Below are positions 40,079-49,905 of a stretch of 64,000 bases of DNA, one piece after another. Each line of letters opens with the position of its first letter. The first letter of the stretch is position 1. The stretch is taken from NCBI GenBank assembly GCA_963663545.1, contig OY760505.1, forward strand, positions 1,472,001-1,536,000. Reading direction: 5' to 3'. The stretch comes from Candidatus Delongbacteria bacterium. GTDB taxonomy: Bacteria; CAIWAD01. The translations under genes were made by a program, and so were the position numbers. Under the pieces are notes generated by a model, which saw only the letters and a program-made list of their open reading frames with translations, ran no database searches and was not told where the DNA came from.

Positions 40079-40933
40079 ATGCGTACAAGGAAGCACGAAC
40101 TGGCGCTTACCGCCGCTGGTATGCTACTACTCAGCCTTGTTCTGGGATTGCTTTTCAGTGGTTGTGAGGAAGAATCCGGTAGCCTACAGCCAGCCACACA
40201 ACAACTCGAGACAAGCATCCAGGGCACTTCGACCGAACCGCCAATCCTGCGGATCATCTGTTTTCTGTTTCCAATGCTGCCTTTCTGCCACTCATACTAC
40301 AATTCCCTTGAGTCTACTCTGCACTATCCGGGTGAGGATGGATGGCGTCCCACGGCTCGGGAAGTAGTGCAATACGGCCCATGGCACAATGCATGTCTGG
40401 ATAGCTGGGTGGAACTCGAATTCGATCCCGTGCGATGCTACGACAGCTTTCTTCACCTGGCGCAGGACTACGACATTCGCTTGCCCAGGAATGCAGAATA
40501 CCACGAGCAGATCCGCGCCTGCTTCGCCATGCTCGGCGAGGGCACTGTGAGCGTGGATCAGATCCCCAGTCCGCAGCAACTGCTTCAATGGTGGCGGATG
40601 CGCCCCTCTGAGGCACCGCTGGCAAGAAACGCCAAGGCCGATGCGCTGATTGCAGGTCTCGCTGATGGAATCTCGCCAACTGAGATCAAGGAATGGCGGG
40701 GGCTTCCAAACACAGTCGCTGCCGATGACACTCTGGGCAAATGGATGGCCAACACAATGCTTGCCAGCGTGGAATGGTGGACGTCTCGCGAGAGCAACGT
40801 GGACTGGATTCCCTGGGGAGTATCAGCAGATCTGTCAGCCTTGACCGCAACTACGAATCCGACCGTTATTGGAATTGCCTCTGCGGCAGGTGTAATCGCC
40901 GATCTCCTCAGCTTCTTCAGAGATCGAAATTAA
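40079..40933 (+). CDS. Hypothetical lipoprotein
   Basis: AAGGAG RBS; lipobox FSGC; hydrophobic Ala/Gly-rich C-terminus. Confidence 0.75.
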   Translation: MRTRKHELALTAAGMLLLSLVLGLLFSGCEEESGSLQPATQQLETSIQGTSTEPPILRIICFLFPMLPFCHSYYNSLESTLHYPGEDGWRPTAREVVQYGPWHNACLDSWVELEFDPVRCYDSFLHLAQDYDIRLPRNAEYHEQIRACFAMLGEGTVSVDQIPSPQQLLQWWRMRPSEAPLARNAKADALIAGLADGISPTEIKEWRGLPNTVAADDTLGKWMANTMLASVEWWTSRESNVDWIPWGVSADLSALTATTNPTVIGIASAAGVIADLLSFFRDRN

Positions 40934-40940
40934 TGAGCAA

Positions 40941-40956
40941 GGGCCCGCAAGGGCCC
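40941..40956. terminator. Hairpin between convergent genes
   Basis: GGGCCC-GCAA-GGGCCC (GNRA loop). Confidence 0.55.
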
Positions 40957-40982
40957 CTGATTTACTGCGCTAGTGTCTGTAC

Positions 40983-41858
40983 TTACTTGCTCACGGGGCC
41001 CTCACTATGCATGGCCTCGTCAGCATGATAGCTGCTTCGTACAAGCGGACCGGACTGCATGCGCTCGATACCGATGGATCGGCCGAAGTCCGCGTATTCG
41101 TTGAAGACATCCGGATGGACGTAGCGCTCAACGTCGTGAAGATCCCTACGCGGTTGCAGGTACTGACCGATTGTCACGAAGGAAACGCCCACTGCAGCAA
41201 GATCGCGCAGCGTGTCCTTTACTTCGTCGTCGGTTTCACCAAGCCCGACCATCATACCGCTCTTGGTGTAGAAGCCTGCTTTGACCGAGCGTTCAAGCAG
41301 CGTGAGGCTTTGTTTGTAATCCGCCTGGGGACGTACATCGCTGTAAAGACGCGGAACCGTCTCGATGTTGTGGTTGAGTACGTCGGGACGCTCGTTCAGC
41401 ACCAACTGCAGACAGGCACGGTCGCCCTTGAAATCGGGAATCAAGACCTCAACTGTGACTTCAGGCAAGCGCTGATGGAAGAGATGTAACACAAGGGCAA
41501 AGAGCCCGGCGCCCCCATCGGGGAGCTCGTCGCGATCGACACTTGTAATGACAACGTGCTTAAGCTTCATCTGCTCAGCTGCACTAACAACGCGCTCGGC
41601 CTCGCCCCAGTCGATAATTCCAGGACGTCCTGTCTTCACGTTACAGAAGCGGCAGGAACGCGTGCATGTATCACCAAGAATCATGAAGGTCGCAGTACCG
41701 CGATGCCAACAGTCGTGCATGTTTGGACAACGCGCTTCCTCACAAACCGTGCACAAGCGCTCCTTCTTGAGCAGCTGGTTTACGCGTCTCACGTTTTCGC
41801 CTGAAGGTATGCGAATCTTCAACCAATCCGGTTTGCGGGGGCTATTGCCTGAGGTCAT
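40983..41858 (-). CDS. lipA: Lipoyl synthase
   Basis: KPDWLK, CEEARCPNMHDC, CTRSCRFC, RSSYHA. Confidence 0.97.
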   Translation of the reverse strand: MTSGNSPRKPDWLKIRIPSGENVRRVNQLLKKERLCTVCEEARCPNMHDCWHRGTATFMILGDTCTRSCRFCNVKTGRPGIIDWGEAERVVSAAEQMKLKHVVITSVDRDELPDGGAGLFALVLHLFHQRLPEVTVEVLIPDFKGDRACLQLVLNERPDVLNHNIETVPRLYSDVRPQADYKQSLTLLERSVKAGFYTKSGMMVGLGETDDEVKDTLRDLAAVGVSFVTIGQYLQPRRDLHDVERYVHPDVFNEYADFGRSIGIERMQSGPLVRSSYHADEAMHSEGPVSK

Positions 41859-41975
41859 GGGATCACTCCGAAAGGAAATGTGGATCAAAGTATGCACCGG
41901 CAGCCAGGCTGGGCGCAGAACAAAGAATGAAGGCGGACAAGTAAACGAAAGAGCGGAGCGAGACAAAATGCCCCG

Positions 41976-44036
41976 CTACCAGATTGAGACTCGTTCCACT
42001 GCCGGCAAGTACATTCGCTGGCCAGGTTGAATCGAGTAGGCGCGGTAGAACTCCTCGATCTGCATCAGAACAAGATTGGTTCGATACCGTGGCGGTGCAT
42101 GCCAGCCGCTGGCCCGTTTCAGCAGTGCTTCGGCGCCAAGTACTTCTCTCCACTTCTGAGCATAGGCCAGGAAGTATTCCTGCAGGGAATTCTGGTTGAG
42201 CTCTTCGCTTTGGCTAGCAAGCTGCAGTCCTAACCCTTCCAGAGAGATGGTCACGCCCCCCAGGTCCGCCAGGTTCTCTGCCAACTCCTTTTCACCATCC
42301 AGATACAGGGAGTCCAGCACAAGGTGGGCAGAATAGAGGCTATCCACTCTCTGCGAGGCCCTCCGGAACCGGCGGCGCGAGGGTGATTCAGCAAGGCGGG
42401 TCAGGAATCCCTTTGGCCGACCACGAGCGTCATAGGCGATTCCATTGGAATCCAGAGCGTGCGTCATCTCGTGGGCGATCATGCTACCCAGCATTGCGTA
42501 TTGTGTGGCTGGTGATGTTCTCGTGTGATACAACTGCATGACGGCGCCTGCCGGGAGTGTGACACGATTCAGGCCGGTACTGTACCAAGCGTTTGTGGAG
42601 TAGGCAGGCACCCACCATCGATATGGATCAAGGTTTTGTCCCACCGAATCGAGAAGCAGCCGTCTGCGGGTTGTTCGCATTTGCATCACACAGTCGAGGT
42701 AGCCAAGCGAGTCGACGCGTACTTGTGCAAATGCCTTAGGGCAGGCTGGCCCGCCGATGTCAATGCGCATGGCATCCAGCTTCTCCAATGCATGACGCAA
42801 AGCCACTCCGCGCAGCACTCGTCCGGTTCGCAGGCGGCGCCCAAAGGCCGTTTTCAAATTCGCAACCATCTCGCGAACACGAGCATCGGCCCCTGTATCG
42901 CGCCACTTCCGCAGATACACATGCTCCAGAATCTCCGGCAGCTCCCGGCGCACATAGAACGCAACAGAATCCGTGCCCCCAAACATAGCGACATCTTCTT
43001 TGGAATAATCCGCCCTCACGGCCTTCCAGCGGGACAGCTCGGGTATTGAACATACGGACGAGTAACTGTGTATCACGCGACAAGCGGAATAGGCCCGCAA
43101 CTCCGGTAGCGTGTAACAGGCAAACACACGCTGCAGCTCGCGAAAGTAATCCGGCTGGCCAAGATTCACCTGATCCGTTTTCGCCACCCCAAGCGCATAG
43201 AAGTAGTCGCCCCACTGCCAGCAAGGCAGAAGCTGTTCCAATTCACGTCGTGATACAGGATGCCTTGTATTCGCCGTGATCCACGCATCTTCATCACTCA
43301 TGCTGACCGAAGCAATGCAGCTGTCAATGCTCAACACTGCTGGTGCAAGCCTCCAAGCGTCAGCAGGCATGTACTCCCCTAGCGTCAGCAGAGAAACAAT
43401 AGCCTCCTTCATCTCGCTGACTGCCTCAGGATCCCGTGATGCTTGCGGATCAGCACATACCTGAAACAGAGGCCCCGCCTGCCACAGATGAAGGGGATTC
43501 CCGGGTAAGGTCTCCCAGGGCAGCGGAGTGTGTATCGCGAAGAAGATATCCTCACCCGCAAGGTGCCCGGCACAAATGGCCCTCTGCAGCTCATCAAAGT
43601 TGCGCGCACCGGCCAGTGGCCTCACTTGCTGACGCAGAAAGAGCCGGTTCTCTTCTGGAGTCTGCAATTGTGCTGCATGCACAAAGTGGCTCAGCTGACG
43701 AGCCAGGGGGTCTGTGTCACGTCCGTCAAGATCACCTGTGCAGAGCTGAATCAGGCTGTTTGCATTGTCTTCATCCGATAGATCGTAAAAACCGTAGCTG
43801 CCCTTCCCGGCGGGTAGTGAGTAACCTGATAGCCATGCTCCATTGGCGAACTGATAGAAATCATCGCCCGGGGCAACGGCCATATCCATCAGGCTGGAAT
43901 CAATCTGCGCAGAAGTGCAAGACTGAAATGCGATCGCATTCTCCATCTGCACGGCAACGGCCTCATTCACGGTGGGCGAAGCGATCAGCATCACTAGAAC
44001 AAGCTGGACTGTGATACAACAGCACGTGCTTTTCAC
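41976..44036 (-). CDS. M13 family (neprilysin-like) metallopeptidase
   Basis: PGDDFYQFANG, NAWY, HEMTH, ENLADLGG, HAP..YRTN. Confidence 0.9.
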   Translation of the reverse strand: MKSTCCCITVQLVLVMLIASPTVNEAVAVQMENAIAFQSCTSAQIDSSLMDMAVAPGDDFYQFANGAWLSGYSLPAGKGSYGFYDLSDEDNANSLIQLCTGDLDGRDTDPLARQLSHFVHAAQLQTPEENRLFLRQQVRPLAGARNFDELQRAICAGHLAGEDIFFAIHTPLPWETLPGNPLHLWQAGPLFQVCADPQASRDPEAVSEMKEAIVSLLTLGEYMPADAWRLAPAVLSIDSCIASVSMSDEDAWITANTRHPVSRRELEQLLPCWQWGDYFYALGVAKTDQVNLGQPDYFRELQRVFACYTLPELRAYSACRVIHSYSSVCSIPELSRWKAVRADYSKEDVAMFGGTDSVAFYVRRELPEILEHVYLRKWRDTGADARVREMVANLKTAFGRRLRTGRVLRGVALRHALEKLDAMRIDIGGPACPKAFAQVRVDSLGYLDCVMQMRTTRRRLLLDSVGQNLDPYRWWVPAYSTNAWYSTGLNRVTLPAGAVMQLYHTRTSPATQYAMLGSMIAHEMTHALDSNGIAYDARGRPKGFLTRLAESPSRRRFRRASQRVDSLYSAHLVLDSLYLDGEKELAENLADLGGVTISLEGLGLQLASQSEELNQNSLQEYFLAYAQKWREVLGAEALLKRASGWHAPPRYRTNLVLMQIEEFYRAYSIQPGQRMYLPAVERVSIW

Positions 44037-44166
44037 GACTACCTCACTTTGATGAGACAAGAAAAGCTTCGCTCAGGGGAATGACAACCGGGAACTGTGA
44101 GTGTCGTGGAATGTGCCCAAGCTGCAGGTAAAACCTCGCACCGGCGATCCCGTGGGCTGAAACGAG

Positions 44167-44193
44167 AAACGGCGACCTCGCTGGCCGCCGTTT
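44167..44193 (-). terminator. Terminator after tRNA
   Basis: AAACGGCG...CGCCGTTT inverted repeat. Confidence 0.65.
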
Positions 44194-44199
44194 AAATAG

Positions 44200-44271
44200 T
44201 GAGGGTGGAAGGAATCGAACCTTCGACCGACGCCTTAAAAGGGCGCTGCTCTACCGCTGAGCTACACCCCC
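44200..44271 (-). tRNA. tRNA-Lys(UUU)
   Basis: GGGGGTG/CACCCTC acceptor stem, D arm, anticodon loop CTTTTAA, GGTTCGATTCC T arm; CCA not encoded. Confidence 0.95.
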
Positions 44272-44331
44272 ACTGGAGCCGGAAAAGATAGGGCAGAGAA
44301 GCTAGAAGAGCAAATTGCTCGACTCACGAAC

Positions 44332-45135
44332 CTAATCGTCCTCTTCATCGAAGTCAAGATCCTCATCGTCGCCGTAGATACGACCATCCTTCGCATCAAC
44401 GCCAAGCCAGCGCGCCAGGTCGTCATCCACTCCACGCTTGCCACTACCGCGTCTGCGTCGTGGCACGGGATTACTCTGCTCGCGGCTTCGTGTATTCTGC
44501 GAAGGATCCTTGTCGAAATCGTCACTTCCTTCCTGTGCAAGCGGAGTTTCTGGAGTATCCATCGCGTCATCTTCGTCGTCGCCGAACTGGTTCATCCAGT
44601 ATTCCAGTTCTTCGTCACGCAGAGTGCCGCCGCCTTTTCGAATGCTCACACCCTTACGGCGACCGCTATCCTCTGCCTGACGCGGTCCCTGCTCCGCTTC
44701 CCAATTGGAACGGGCCTGTTCGCCCTTGCCGCTCAGTTCCTCCAGCAGAAATCCATTGCAGTACATTGGCTTTCCACCACGCTGCCGAATGCGATCTCGT
44801 AGCTGAGAATCATCGCTGACCAGAACGATTTCCAGCGCCTTACGCGCCTTGCGAACTTCCCGCAAAATGAGCCTGAGGATTTTGTCGTCAGCGCTTTCGG
44901 GTTTGACAGCCCAGATCACTGGCAACTGCGGCGGGACCTCTTCGTCGGGCAAACGCGCGCCATCCACAACAACGCGCAGCTGTTCAGGCTGCAAACGATT
45001 CAGCTGCAATAGCTCGCGATACAGAAGCGTACGAGCAGCTCCAGGATCGCGATCCAGCAGGCTGGAAAGCCCGTCAATCTTGTACAGAAGATTATAGGCG
45101 TCGATAAAGACCAAGCTGTCAGGACCGAATTTCAT
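44332..45135 (-). CDS. NYN/YacP-like PIN ribonuclease domain protein with acidic tail
   Basis: FIDAYNLL, VVVDG, SADDKI, VSDD acidic NYN motifs. Confidence 0.8.
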   Translation of the reverse strand: MKFGPDSLVFIDAYNLLYKIDGLSSLLDRDPGAARTLLYRELLQLNRLQPEQLRVVVDGARLPDEEVPPQLPVIWAVKPESADDKILRLILREVRKARKALEIVLVSDDSQLRDRIRQRGGKPMYCNGFLLEELSGKGEQARSNWEAEQGPRQAEDSGRRKGVSIRKGGGTLRDEELEYWMNQFGDDEDDAMDTPETPLAQEGSDDFDKDPSQNTRSREQSNPVPRRRRGSGKRGVDDDLARWLGVDAKDGRIYGDDEDLDFDEEDD

Positions 45136-45150
45136 GGAGACATTCCAAAC

Positions 45151-45319
45151 TTATCCACAGACCATTCGCCGAAAATCTGAGACGAGTACACATTTTAGAT
45201 TTCGCGCCAATTATCGCAATCTATTTAATTTCAATATTTTAACCACACCACTACAAAGCGCTTTGGCTTATCAAGAACTTGACATTCCAGATTTCCACAA
45301 AGAATCCACAATATCCACA
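45151..45319 (+). promoter_or_regulatory. Cluster of co-oriented DnaA-box-like 9-mers with an IHF site
   Basis: TTATCCACA 45151; TTAACCACA 45239; ATTTCCACA 45291; GAATCCACA 45302; ATATCCACA 45311; IHF TATCAAGAACTTG 45269-45281; AT-rich segment. Confidence 0.6.
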
Positions 45320-45361
45320 CTACACGGACACGCTTTCCGCAAGCTAGGCAAAGCTTGCCTG

Positions 45362-46360
45362 TCAACTCTGTGCAGAATCCAACTCCATCCCGCGGGGAAC
45401 GCGGTTCCGCGAGTCCCCCAGCTCTAGCTCATCACGGTCATGGTGCATTCGCAACTGCATGAAATCCCTGGCCAGAATCGCCTTGGAACCCGCCTCGAGC
45501 AAGGCTCGCTCGAAGGGTTCCATCGAGGCCAGATAACGGGTAGAAAAGTGCGTTAGCACCACATGGTGCGCCTGAGATTCGTCGGCAGCCCGTAAAGCAT
45601 CCGAAAGCGTGGAGTGCTTCGTGCGGCGCGCTTGCTCCTGCTCGGCAGGATCGAAAGTGGCCTCGTGTATAAGCAGGTCGGCACCCTGGGCCAATTGCAC
45701 CGCATTCTTGCAGTAGGCCGTATCGGTGCATATCGCCAGAGTCAGCCCCGATCGCTGCGGCCCCACCACTTCGTGCGGTTCCACGATGCGCCCATTGGCC
45801 AGTTCGACACACTCGCCCCGGATCAACCGACCGCGCTCCGGCCCGAAGGGGATCCCCAACTCCTCAGCTTTGGCTTCGTCAAACTGGCCGGGACGATGCT
45901 TCTCTTCGATGCGATAGCCAAGCGTATAGACTCGATGCTTCAGCTTGGCGGCAAAAACGCGCAGGTCTACGGTTTCAAGCACCTGCCGTGGTTCATTGAT
46001 TCCACCAAGCTCAACAATATCAATCTCATAGCTAAAATCAGTCGAGGACAGCTCGCGCATAAATTTCAGGTAGGCACGCAAACCGGGAGGTCCAAGGAGC
46101 TGCAAGGGCTCCTCGCGCTTGTTCAATTGGAAACTGCTAAGCAGCCCCACCAACCCGTAGAAATGGTCGCCGTGCAGGTGCGTAATGAAAATTCTATCGA
46201 TGCGACCACGGCGTATTCCCGAACGCAGTATCTGCAGCTGCGTCCCCTCGCCAGCGTCCACAAGCCAACTCTCACGCTCAAATTGCAACGCAAGACTGCT
46301 CACATTTCGCCGGGCCGTTGGTGTGGCGGAAGAAGTTCCCAGGAAGATAAGTTCGATCAA
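45362..46360 (-). CDS. rnz: Ribonuclease Z
   Basis: FLGTS, DAGEGTQ, THLHGDH, HEATF, HST, THFS. Confidence 0.95.
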   Translation of the reverse strand: MIELIFLGTSSATPTARRNVSSLALQFERESWLVDAGEGTQLQILRSGIRRGRIDRIFITHLHGDHFYGLVGLLSSFQLNKREEPLQLLGPPGLRAYLKFMRELSSTDFSYEIDIVELGGINEPRQVLETVDLRVFAAKLKHRVYTLGYRIEEKHRPGQFDEAKAEELGIPFGPERGRLIRGECVELANGRIVEPHEVVGPQRSGLTLAICTDTAYCKNAVQLAQGADLLIHEATFDPAEQEQARRTKHSTLSDALRAADESQAHHVVLTHFSTRYLASMEPFERALLEAGSKAILARDFMQLRMHHDRDELELGDSRNRVPRGMELDSAQS

Positions 46361-46638
46361 AACAGCCTCTTCTTTTGCGGCGTGCAAAATGATGAACGTC
46401 TCCTAGGAATGCAATTTTGCGCATTCGGTGTACCGGACTCTTGCCCCTTCAGAGCTAGATCATTATTGTTCCCGGTTCTTGAACTGTGATGCCCACGGCT
46501 ATCCCGCCCGACGCATCCCGCGGACCAGAACCTACCGCAACGGCCTCTCGGCCACAGCCGGCTCCTCTGCAGGTAGCACGAAGTGTGCGAGGACCGACTG
46601 GAGGCAACCTGCGCGCCCCTAACCAAGGAGATTCTGCC

Positions 46639-47952
46639 ATGAAGCGGATAGATCCGAAAGACGTGCATAGCGTCATCGGCAAGCACATGCTGGCGGACGC
46701 ACTCGAGATCGTCGTCGACATTCACCAGAGCAAGGGTAGTTACCTGCACGATGCACGCACAGGCAAGGACTACCTGGACATGACCAGCTTCTTTGCTTCG
46801 CAGGCTCTGGGAATGAATCACCCCGCGCTGGATAATCCCGAGTTCATCCAGGAAATCGGGCGCGCGGCTGTAAACAAAATCACCAACTCGGACTTCTACA
46901 CCCCTGAGATGGCCGAGCTGGTCGAAGTGTTTGGCGAAGTGGGCATTCCTGATTATCTGCCCCATCTGTTCTTCGTCGAGGGCGGAGGTCTGGCCGTCGA
47001 GAACGCGCTGAAGACTGCCTTTGACTGGAAGCATCGCAAGAATCTGGCCGCAGGACGCGAGGTGAAGGCGAACGATCTGAAGGTGATCCACTTCCGCAAC
47101 GCTTTCCACGGTCGCACCGGCTACACTCTGCCGCTAACCAACACCGCCGATCCGCGCAAGTACATGTACTTCCCGCTGTTTGATTGGCCGCGTCTGGATC
47201 CGCCAGCGGTCAAGTTCCCCATTGATGAGGCTGAAATCGCCCGCGTGAGCGCTGCCGAAGAGAAGTGCTTTGCCGAGATCCGCGAGACCGTTGCCAAGAA
47301 CCCCAACCAGATTGCCGCACTAATCATCGAAGGCATCATGGGCGAGGGCGGCGACAAGCATTTCCGTCCCGAGTTCATGCAGGGGCTGCGCAAGATCTGC
47401 GACGAGCTGGAAATCTTCTTCATCATTGATGAGGTGCAAAGCGGCGTCGGCATCAGCGGCAAGTTCTGGGCGCACCAGCACTACAACGTGAAGCCCGACT
47501 GCATCAGCTTTGGAAAAAAGAGCCAGGTCTGCGGCATTCTGGCCGGTCCGCGCGTCGAGGAAGTCGAGAAGCACGTCTTTGCGGAATCCAGCCGCATCAA
47601 TAGCACCTGGGGCGGCAACTTTGTCGACATGGTGCGCTTCTGTAAAATCCTGGAAGTCATTCGTGACGAGAACCTGCTGGAGAACGCCGTGGTCATGGGC
47701 GAGCGTCTGCAGAAGGGCCTGCAGGCTATCGCAGACAAGCACGACTGTGTCACAAACGTTCGCGGCAAGGGTCTCTTCTGCGCCATCGACGTTCCCGCCG
47801 ACAAGCGCCAGGCCATTCTGGATCGCTGCTACGAAAACGGCATGATCATTCTGCCCTGCGGCGATTGCTCCATCCGTTTCCGTCCCGCGCTGGCGGTCAC
47901 CGCAGATGACATTGACAAGGCGGTCGAGATCCTCGAGAAGAGCATCGCCTAA
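46639..47952 (+). CDS. lat: L-lysine 6-transaminase (class III aminotransferase)
   Basis: FFVEGGGLAVENALKTAFDWK, AFHGRTGY, DEVQSG, FGKKSQVCG, INSTWGG. Confidence 0.92.
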   Translation: MKRIDPKDVHSVIGKHMLADALEIVVDIHQSKGSYLHDARTGKDYLDMTSFFASQALGMNHPALDNPEFIQEIGRAAVNKITNSDFYTPEMAELVEVFGEVGIPDYLPHLFFVEGGGLAVENALKTAFDWKHRKNLAAGREVKANDLKVIHFRNAFHGRTGYTLPLTNTADPRKYMYFPLFDWPRLDPPAVKFPIDEAEIARVSAAEEKCFAEIRETVAKNPNQIAALIIEGIMGEGGDKHFRPEFMQGLRKICDELEIFFIIDEVQSGVGISGKFWAHQHYNVKPDCISFGKKSQVCGILAGPRVEEVEKHVFAESSRINSTWGGNFVDMVRFCKILEVIRDENLLENAVVMGERLQKGLQAIADKHDCVTNVRGKGLFCAIDVPADKRQAILDRCYENGMIILPCGDCSIRFRPALAVTADDIDKAVEILEKSIA

Positions 47953-47973
47953 GTCGATTTCCTCAGTAAGCAT

Positions 47974-47998
47974 AAGGCCCCGCATTGCGGGGCCTTTC
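47974..47998. terminator. Bidirectional terminator
   Basis: AAGGCCCCGC-ATT-GCGGGGCCTTT. Confidence 0.8.
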
Positions 47999-48020
47999 TG
48001 TTTTCAGCTCGATTCGCGTA

Positions 48021-48986
48021 TCACAGCGGTTTGACGGGCTCGCAAATTTCCACTTCGAACAACCCTTCCGGATGCTGATCCGGGTCGTTGTGATACATCT
48101 CAAAACAGGGCCGATCATCAGGCTGGTAGCCACTCTCCGGCAGCCACTCGCCCATGATCATCTGCCAGGCCTCAGCAAACTGATCCTCACGCAGCGAGAA
48201 TTTCCCAACAACGTATAATCCGCCAGGAAGTGACATTCGACCAATATCCCCATCAGCAAGTGTGCCAGCAGGAACTTCGATGCACACACTCAGGCGCAGC
48301 TTCTCCTCCTCCGTCACTTCCGGGTTGTCGTGATACACGCAAAGAATGGATCCATCTTCCTTCAGCAATCCGCGCGGTCCGGCCCATTCGCAAAGACGCC
48401 CGATCAGTCTGCCAAAAAGCGCCCCGTCTCCGGCATAAGGTCCCACGTGGCGAATGTAGGCCACTTCCATTGCGGGTAATTCCCGCACTTGCACATCGGC
48501 AGTCAACTTGCTCATCGAAATCCTCCAGCGTTGTTGCAATTGATCTGCCTCAAGGTAGTCCAGCGCGCTGCCCCCGGCTTCGCCGATCCTGCGCATCGTT
48601 TGTCCATTCCTGCTATTTCTCGCATGTGTATCACGCCACTCACTTGGACTCATGCCGTGCTGTTGACGAAAGGCCTTGCTGAACGCGGCCGGGCTGGCGA
48701 ATCCTGCATCAAAGGCGATTTGTGTCACAGAGTCTCCGCCCGTGTGACAGAGCTTATCGGCGGCCTTCTCCAGGCGTACGCGACGTAGGAACGCATAGAG
48801 ACTCTCGCCAACGAGGGCCCTGAAAATGCGGCTAAAATGGTAAGGCGAAAAGCTGGCTACTTCCGCCAGTGTCTTCACCGTTAAGGTCTCACTCAGGTGC
48901 TGCTCGATGTAATCCAGTACGCGATTGATGCGTGCAATATACTCGCGGCGGCTAGAGGCCGCACCCTCTCTGCTCCAAGGACTCAT
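48021..48986 (-). CDS. AraC-family regulator with C-terminal GyrI-like effector domain
   Basis: YIARINRVLDYI, FSPYHFSRIF, GFASPAAFSKAF; AYIRHVGPY, WLPESGY, FEMY. Confidence 0.92.
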   Translation of the reverse strand: MSPWSREGAASSRREYIARINRVLDYIEQHLSETLTVKTLAEVASFSPYHFSRIFRALVGESLYAFLRRVRLEKAADKLCHTGGDSVTQIAFDAGFASPAAFSKAFRQQHGMSPSEWRDTHARNSRNGQTMRRIGEAGGSALDYLEADQLQQRWRISMSKLTADVQVRELPAMEVAYIRHVGPYAGDGALFGRLIGRLCEWAGPRGLLKEDGSILCVYHDNPEVTEEEKLRLSVCIEVPAGTLADGDIGRMSLPGGLYVVGKFSLREDQFAEAWQMIMGEWLPESGYQPDDRPCFEMYHNDPDQHPEGLFEVEICEPVKPL

Positions 48987-49083
48987 TGCTGCTCCACTAT
49001 TTTCTGCATCGTGCACGAAGATAGCGATGCCTCCGCGACCGGCCACAACTGGCACCCTTCCTTTGCAAGTGCGACCTTGCAAC

Positions 49084-49905
49084 ATGCCTGTATTGGAACT
49101 GGATCTACCCAAAGTGCGCGCCCACCTGGTGCGTTTTCTGCGTGAGGCCGTCGAGGATTCCGGCTTCGCGCGCGTGGTGCTGGGGCTCTCCGGCGGAATC
49201 GACTCCGCGCTGGCTGCGGCGATTGCTGCAGAAGCTCTTGGTCCGCAGAATGTACTCGGCCTGGAAATGCCCTGGCGCACTAGCAGCGCAGGCTCGCTAT
49301 TGGATGCCGACGCCGTCGCCGATCACTTGGGCATACAAGTGCGCCGCATCGAAATCACGCGCCCCGTCGAAGAGCTGGCTGCACTTCTGCCAGAGCCGAC
49401 TCCGCTGCGGCTGGGCAATATCATGGCCCGCGTACGCATGATCTGCATCTTCGATGCAGCCGCCGAGACCGCCGCGCTGCCGCTGGGCACCTCCAACAAG
49501 AGCGAACTGCTGCTGGGTTACGGCACCTGGTACGGCGACCTGGCGAGCGCCATCAACCCTCTGGGCGACCTCTATAAGACACAGGTCTTTGCTCTGTCGC
49601 GCGAATTTGGGCTGCCCACCTGCGTCATCGAAAAAGCTCCCTCCGCTGACTTGGAAGAAGGTCAGACCGACGAGAGCGACCTGGGCTGGGAATACAGCCT
49701 GATCGACCAGATACTATTGCGCTACGCTGACCTTCGCTGGACACGGGAACGCATCAAGGCAGACGGCTACCCCGTCGAGGCAGTGGACAGTCTGCTGGAC
49801 CGTGTATCACGCCAGCATTTCAAACGCCTCACACCCGTGATACCCAAAATCAGCCCGCGTACCTTCAACTTGGACTGGCTCTATCGCAGGGACAGCAAGC
49901 GATGA
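49084..49905 (+). CDS. nadE: NH3-dependent NAD+ synthetase
   Basis: GLSGGIDS, GNIMARVRM, GTSNKSE, DLYKTQV, PSADL. Confidence 0.96.
   Translation: MPVLELDLPKVRAHLVRFLREAVEDSGFARVVLGLSGGIDSALAAAIAAEALGPQNVLGLEMPWRTSSAGSLLDADAVADHLGIQVRRIEITRPVEELAALLPEPTPLRLGNIMARVRMICIFDAAAETAALPLGTSNKSELLLGYGTWYGDLASAINPLGDLYKTQVFALSREFGLPTCVIEKAPSADLEEGQTDESDLGWEYSLIDQILLRYADLRWTRERIKADGYPVEAVDSLLDRVSRQHFKRLTPVIPKISPRTFNLDWLYRRDSKR

Noticed and set aside
44197..44199. tRNA-Lys ends CTA instead of CCA
   Set aside because: Non-encoded CCA is common; no integrase or duplicated tRNA end indicates an island
46390..46638. Lysine riboswitch upstream of lat
   Set aside because: Some hairpins are present but the lysine aptamer consensus is absent
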